Below, piece by piece: positions 44,139 to 46,315 of a stretch of DNA of 46,315 bases; positions within the stretch are counted from its first letter, which is position 1; each line of letters starts with the position of its first letter. The stretch is from a virus (taxonomy: Duplodnaviria; Caudoviricetes). The stretch covers positions 1-46,315 of IMG/VR virus record IMGVR_UViG_3300033485_000030. One strand, 5' to 3'. The translations under genes were made by a program, and so were the position numbers. The notes below the pieces were generated by a model. It saw only the letters and a program-made list of their open reading frames with translations, had not been told where the DNA came from and searched no databases.

Positions 44139-44673
44139 AAATAATATAAGTTATTTTGATTGGCTTTTTGATTTGATTAAAAATAAAAATAGTCAAGATT
44201 TAAAAGAGTTTATATCCGACTTACACCATCTTGGATTCTATTGCATAGTTCCAAACGATGATAATAGAATCCAAGATGCTTTTGAATTAAGGAAAAGATA
44301 TCTTATTGATTTTCCAAATGGTAAAGTACCAGAAAGAAAATCATCTTTGTCTTGCAGTATGCTAGAGTTATTAATAGCCCTAGCAGAGCGAATGGACTTC
44401 ATTTTAAACGACGGAAACAATACTAATAGAATTCATTGGTGGTTTTGGCTTTTTATCGATAATTTGAAATTGCAGAAATATACTTCGTACGATGCAGACA
44501 AAGAAAGAAAAAAAGAAATAAATCAGGGTATAATAAGAAAGCTAGTCGAAAGAGAATATAGTGGTGATGGGAATGGTGGTATATTCCCATTGAATTATCC
44601 ATATCGAAACCAACAAAGGTTGGAGTTGTGGTATCAGATGATGGATTATATTAATGAAAATTATGACTTTTAA
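44107..44673 (+). CDS. Conserved hypothetical phage protein
   Basis: YFDWL, NDDNRIQDA, CSMLELLIALAER, GNGGIFP, ELWYQM. Confidence 0.75.
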   Translation: MIKTKMSQRSENNISYFDWLFDLIKNKNSQDLKEFISDLHHLGFYCIVPNDDNRIQDAFELRKRYLIDFPNGKVPERKSSLSCSMLELLIALAERMDFILNDGNNTNRIHWWFWLFIDNLKLQKYTSYDADKERKKEINQGIIRKLVEREYSGDGNGGIFPLNYPYRNQQRLELWYQMMDYINENYDF

Positions 44674-44779
44674 TCTCGGCGGAACGCAGCAGGGTGTCCC
44701 TTTATCGGCGGCGTCAATATCGGGAGGTAAAGAAGGTGAGAATTCCCGAGCCCTGCTATCATATTTAGGAAATTTTATT

Positions 44780-45079
44780 ATGAATATAACACGAGAAGAT
44801 GCTAAAAAATCAGTTGGACCTGGATGGGGATCACTTATAGACAAAATTTATGATTTTCTTCCAGAGAGTTCTTTTGTATTGCAAGTAAAAGAAAAATATG
44901 GTACTCTACGATTTTATGTAGATACCGATGAAAAAATATTAGATAAAATAGAAGAAATAGAAAAAGAAAGCGAAAAAATTTGCGAAATATGTGGAAAGGA
45001 GGGTTTACTAAGAACTGACTTAGGTTGGTGGTTGACCCTCTGCGATGAAGATTACAAAGAAAGGAAAAAAAATGGATGA
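44780..45079 (+). CDS. Small protein with QVKEKYGTLRFY motif and C-terminal CxxC zinc site
   Basis: VGPGW..LI, QVKEKYGTLRFY, CEICG...TLC; likely start ATG 44780. Confidence 0.75.
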   Translation: MNITREDAKKSVGPGWGSLIDKIYDFLPESSFVLQVKEKYGTLRFYVDTDEKILDKIEEIEKESEKICEICGKEGLLRTDLGWWLTLCDEDYKERKKNG

Positions 45080-45293
45080 AATAATATTAACAATAAAAGG
45101 TGATACTATTCCTCAAAGAATAATTTTAAAAATAGTTAGAGACATTGAGGATATTTGCAAAGATGCTATTCCGCCTGGAACAGATTATGGAATCTCATTG
45201 CATCATCAATCAGAAACTATTTTAGATTCGGTAATGGCTAAAAATATTTCTGAGAAAAAGGAAGAAGAATCGGTAGAAAATCCACTTCCATAA
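45072..45293 (+). CDS. Hypothetical protein
   Basis: AAAGGA before ATG 45072; overlaps the upstream stop. Confidence 0.6.
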   Translation: MDEIILTIKGDTIPQRIILKIVRDIEDICKDAIPPGTDYGISLHHQSETILDSVMAKNISEKKEEESVENPLP

Positions 45294-45324
45294 ATAGAAT
45301 AAAAGCTCTTGAAAGGAGAAAAAG

Positions 45325-45813
45325 ATGGTACGGATAAATTATCATTATCCAATGAATTCGGATACTGGAACGTATGTCATAATGATATACGATGAAGTAT
45401 CTGAAAATAATATACGCTTTGTGAAATTTAAGCTACCAGATGATCAACTCAATAATGTATTTAATGCAAGAAGTTATTATGCAAAGATGACTGAGACTTC
45501 TGAACAGTATATTATTGATTGTGTAAGCTGGGAATGGTTTAAAAATCATAATGATATTTCAAATCTTCCAATAGATGAGCATAAATTTTACACCGGAAGA
45601 CCAATTTCACATGTATCTGAAGTATTTCGAATCTTAGATGCATGGAACGAAGAGAAAGGACTGGGTTTAGAAACACACAAGGAGATTTTAGAAGATATCC
45701 TAAATACTCTAAAGGTTAAAGAAGAGATTTTAAACCAAATTGAGAAAGAAGCTCTCCATGTTGGGACCTATAAGGATATTATGATTTTTGTTCTGGAGGG
45801 AACAAAGAGATGA
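45325..45813 (+). CDS. Hypothetical protein
   Basis: CTCTTGAAAGGAGAAAAA leader. Confidence 0.75.
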   Translation: MVRINYHYPMNSDTGTYVIMIYDEVSENNIRFVKFKLPDDQLNNVFNARSYYAKMTETSEQYIIDCVSWEWFKNHNDISNLPIDEHKFYTGRPISHVSEVFRILDAWNEEKGLGLETHKEILEDILNTLKVKEEILNQIEKEALHVGTYKDIMIFVLEGTKR

Positions 45814-46085
45814 ACAAATCTATAAGTCCAACTCGAACATATGTTGCGATGTGCTCAAAACCCAGATTTGAGGGCTATTACTTTAGGAAATTTAAATTGC
45901 CAGAGTCAGTAGATGATGAATTAATTAAAAACAACTCCGAAGAGGCATCTCATTATTTCCTAAACTCCCTAGATCAATTTTCCTGTGTTGATGGCTGTTT
46001 ATCATTTGAAGACTACTCGAATATCAAATCCGCAGAGGAAGAAAAATTGGTTTTTCCAAAGGGAGAAAAATGGCCATTGGATTGA
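45810..46085 (+). CDS. Hypothetical protein, probably related to 45325-45813
   Basis: ATGA coupling; shares TYV.M...F.KFKLP. Confidence 0.7.
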   Translation: MNKSISPTRTYVAMCSKPRFEGYYFRKFKLPESVDDELIKNNSEEASHYFLNSLDQFSCVDGCLSFEDYSNIKSAEEEKLVFPKGEKWPLD

Positions 46086-46207
46086 TCGTGATGTGGTTTT
46101 GTGTTATGTGTGGTCTCTATACTAAACATATTTTAACTAAAGAAAAGTACAGGGATGCATATAAGTGTACCCGTTGTGGGTACATTCGGAAATACAAAGT
46201 AAGATAG
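46070..46207 (+). CDS. 45-aa zinc-ribbon protein (not in ORF track)
   Basis: AAGGGAG RBS; CVMC...CTRCG. Confidence 0.65.
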   Translation: MAIGLIVMWFCVMCGLYTKHILTKEKYRDAYKCTRCGYIRKYKVR

Positions 46208-46216
46208 GAGAAAATA

Positions 46217-46315
46217 ATGGATATTTTGGAACTCTTAAAAACTTTGGCATGTATTACTATTATTATAATTTGGAGCTTAATAATAGTAAGATTAATTTCG
46301 ACTTGGGCTAGATTA
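46217..46315 (+). CDS. Small hydrophobic protein, truncated by the window end
   Basis: TAGGAG RBS; MDILELLKTLACITIIIIWSLIIVRL... Confidence 0.55.
   Translation, partial: MDILELLKTLACITIIIIWSLIIVRLISTWARL

Noticed and set aside
1-46315. Genome-wide stop-codon reassignment
   Set aside because: Core genes are intact under the standard code and TAA, TAG and TGA all act as stops; only one local readthrough candidate was seen
1-46315. Integrase, att site or canonical tRNA genes
   Set aside because: No recombinase motif or complete cloverleaf recognised; lifestyle cannot be determined from this window

Overview
An AT-rich segment of a tailed (siphovirus-type) phage genome. Essentially every credible gene is on the + strand. 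Order: (1) a 5'-truncated large protein with the two-barrel RNA polymerase catalytic motif GADFDGD and a helix-turn-helix at each end, plus a small acidic partner; (2) a GC-rich non-coding island that is a candidate cos/packaging site; (3) the late block: tail fibre, metallophosphoesterase, glycoside-hydrolase endolysin, HNH, two HIGxKGMRWG proteins, large terminase, a 7.5 kb inserted fibre/decoration cassette with a glycosyltransferase, portal, fused protease-capsid, head-tail and tail genes, tape measure, Dit and minor tail proteins, and a tandem-domain holin; (4) an early/middle block of small genes with an HTH regulator and an IMPDH/GMP-reductase, organised by a repeated TCGYR-N14-TATAAT promoter and intrinsic terminators. 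The main unexplained signal is a pair of ~145-nt long-stem hairpins in late intergenic gaps (2892-3035 and 7666-7809). Their stems use G-U pairs on the + strand and their loops display anti-Shine-Dalgarno sequences. The second loop is a perfect 21-nt complement of an early-gene leader 33 kb away and a 17-18 nt complement of several others, suggesting a phage-encoded antisense RNA system that silences early-gene translation. A possible UGA readthrough extension and several other structured elements are also reported. All calls come from reading the sequence by eye; no database searches or folding programs were run.
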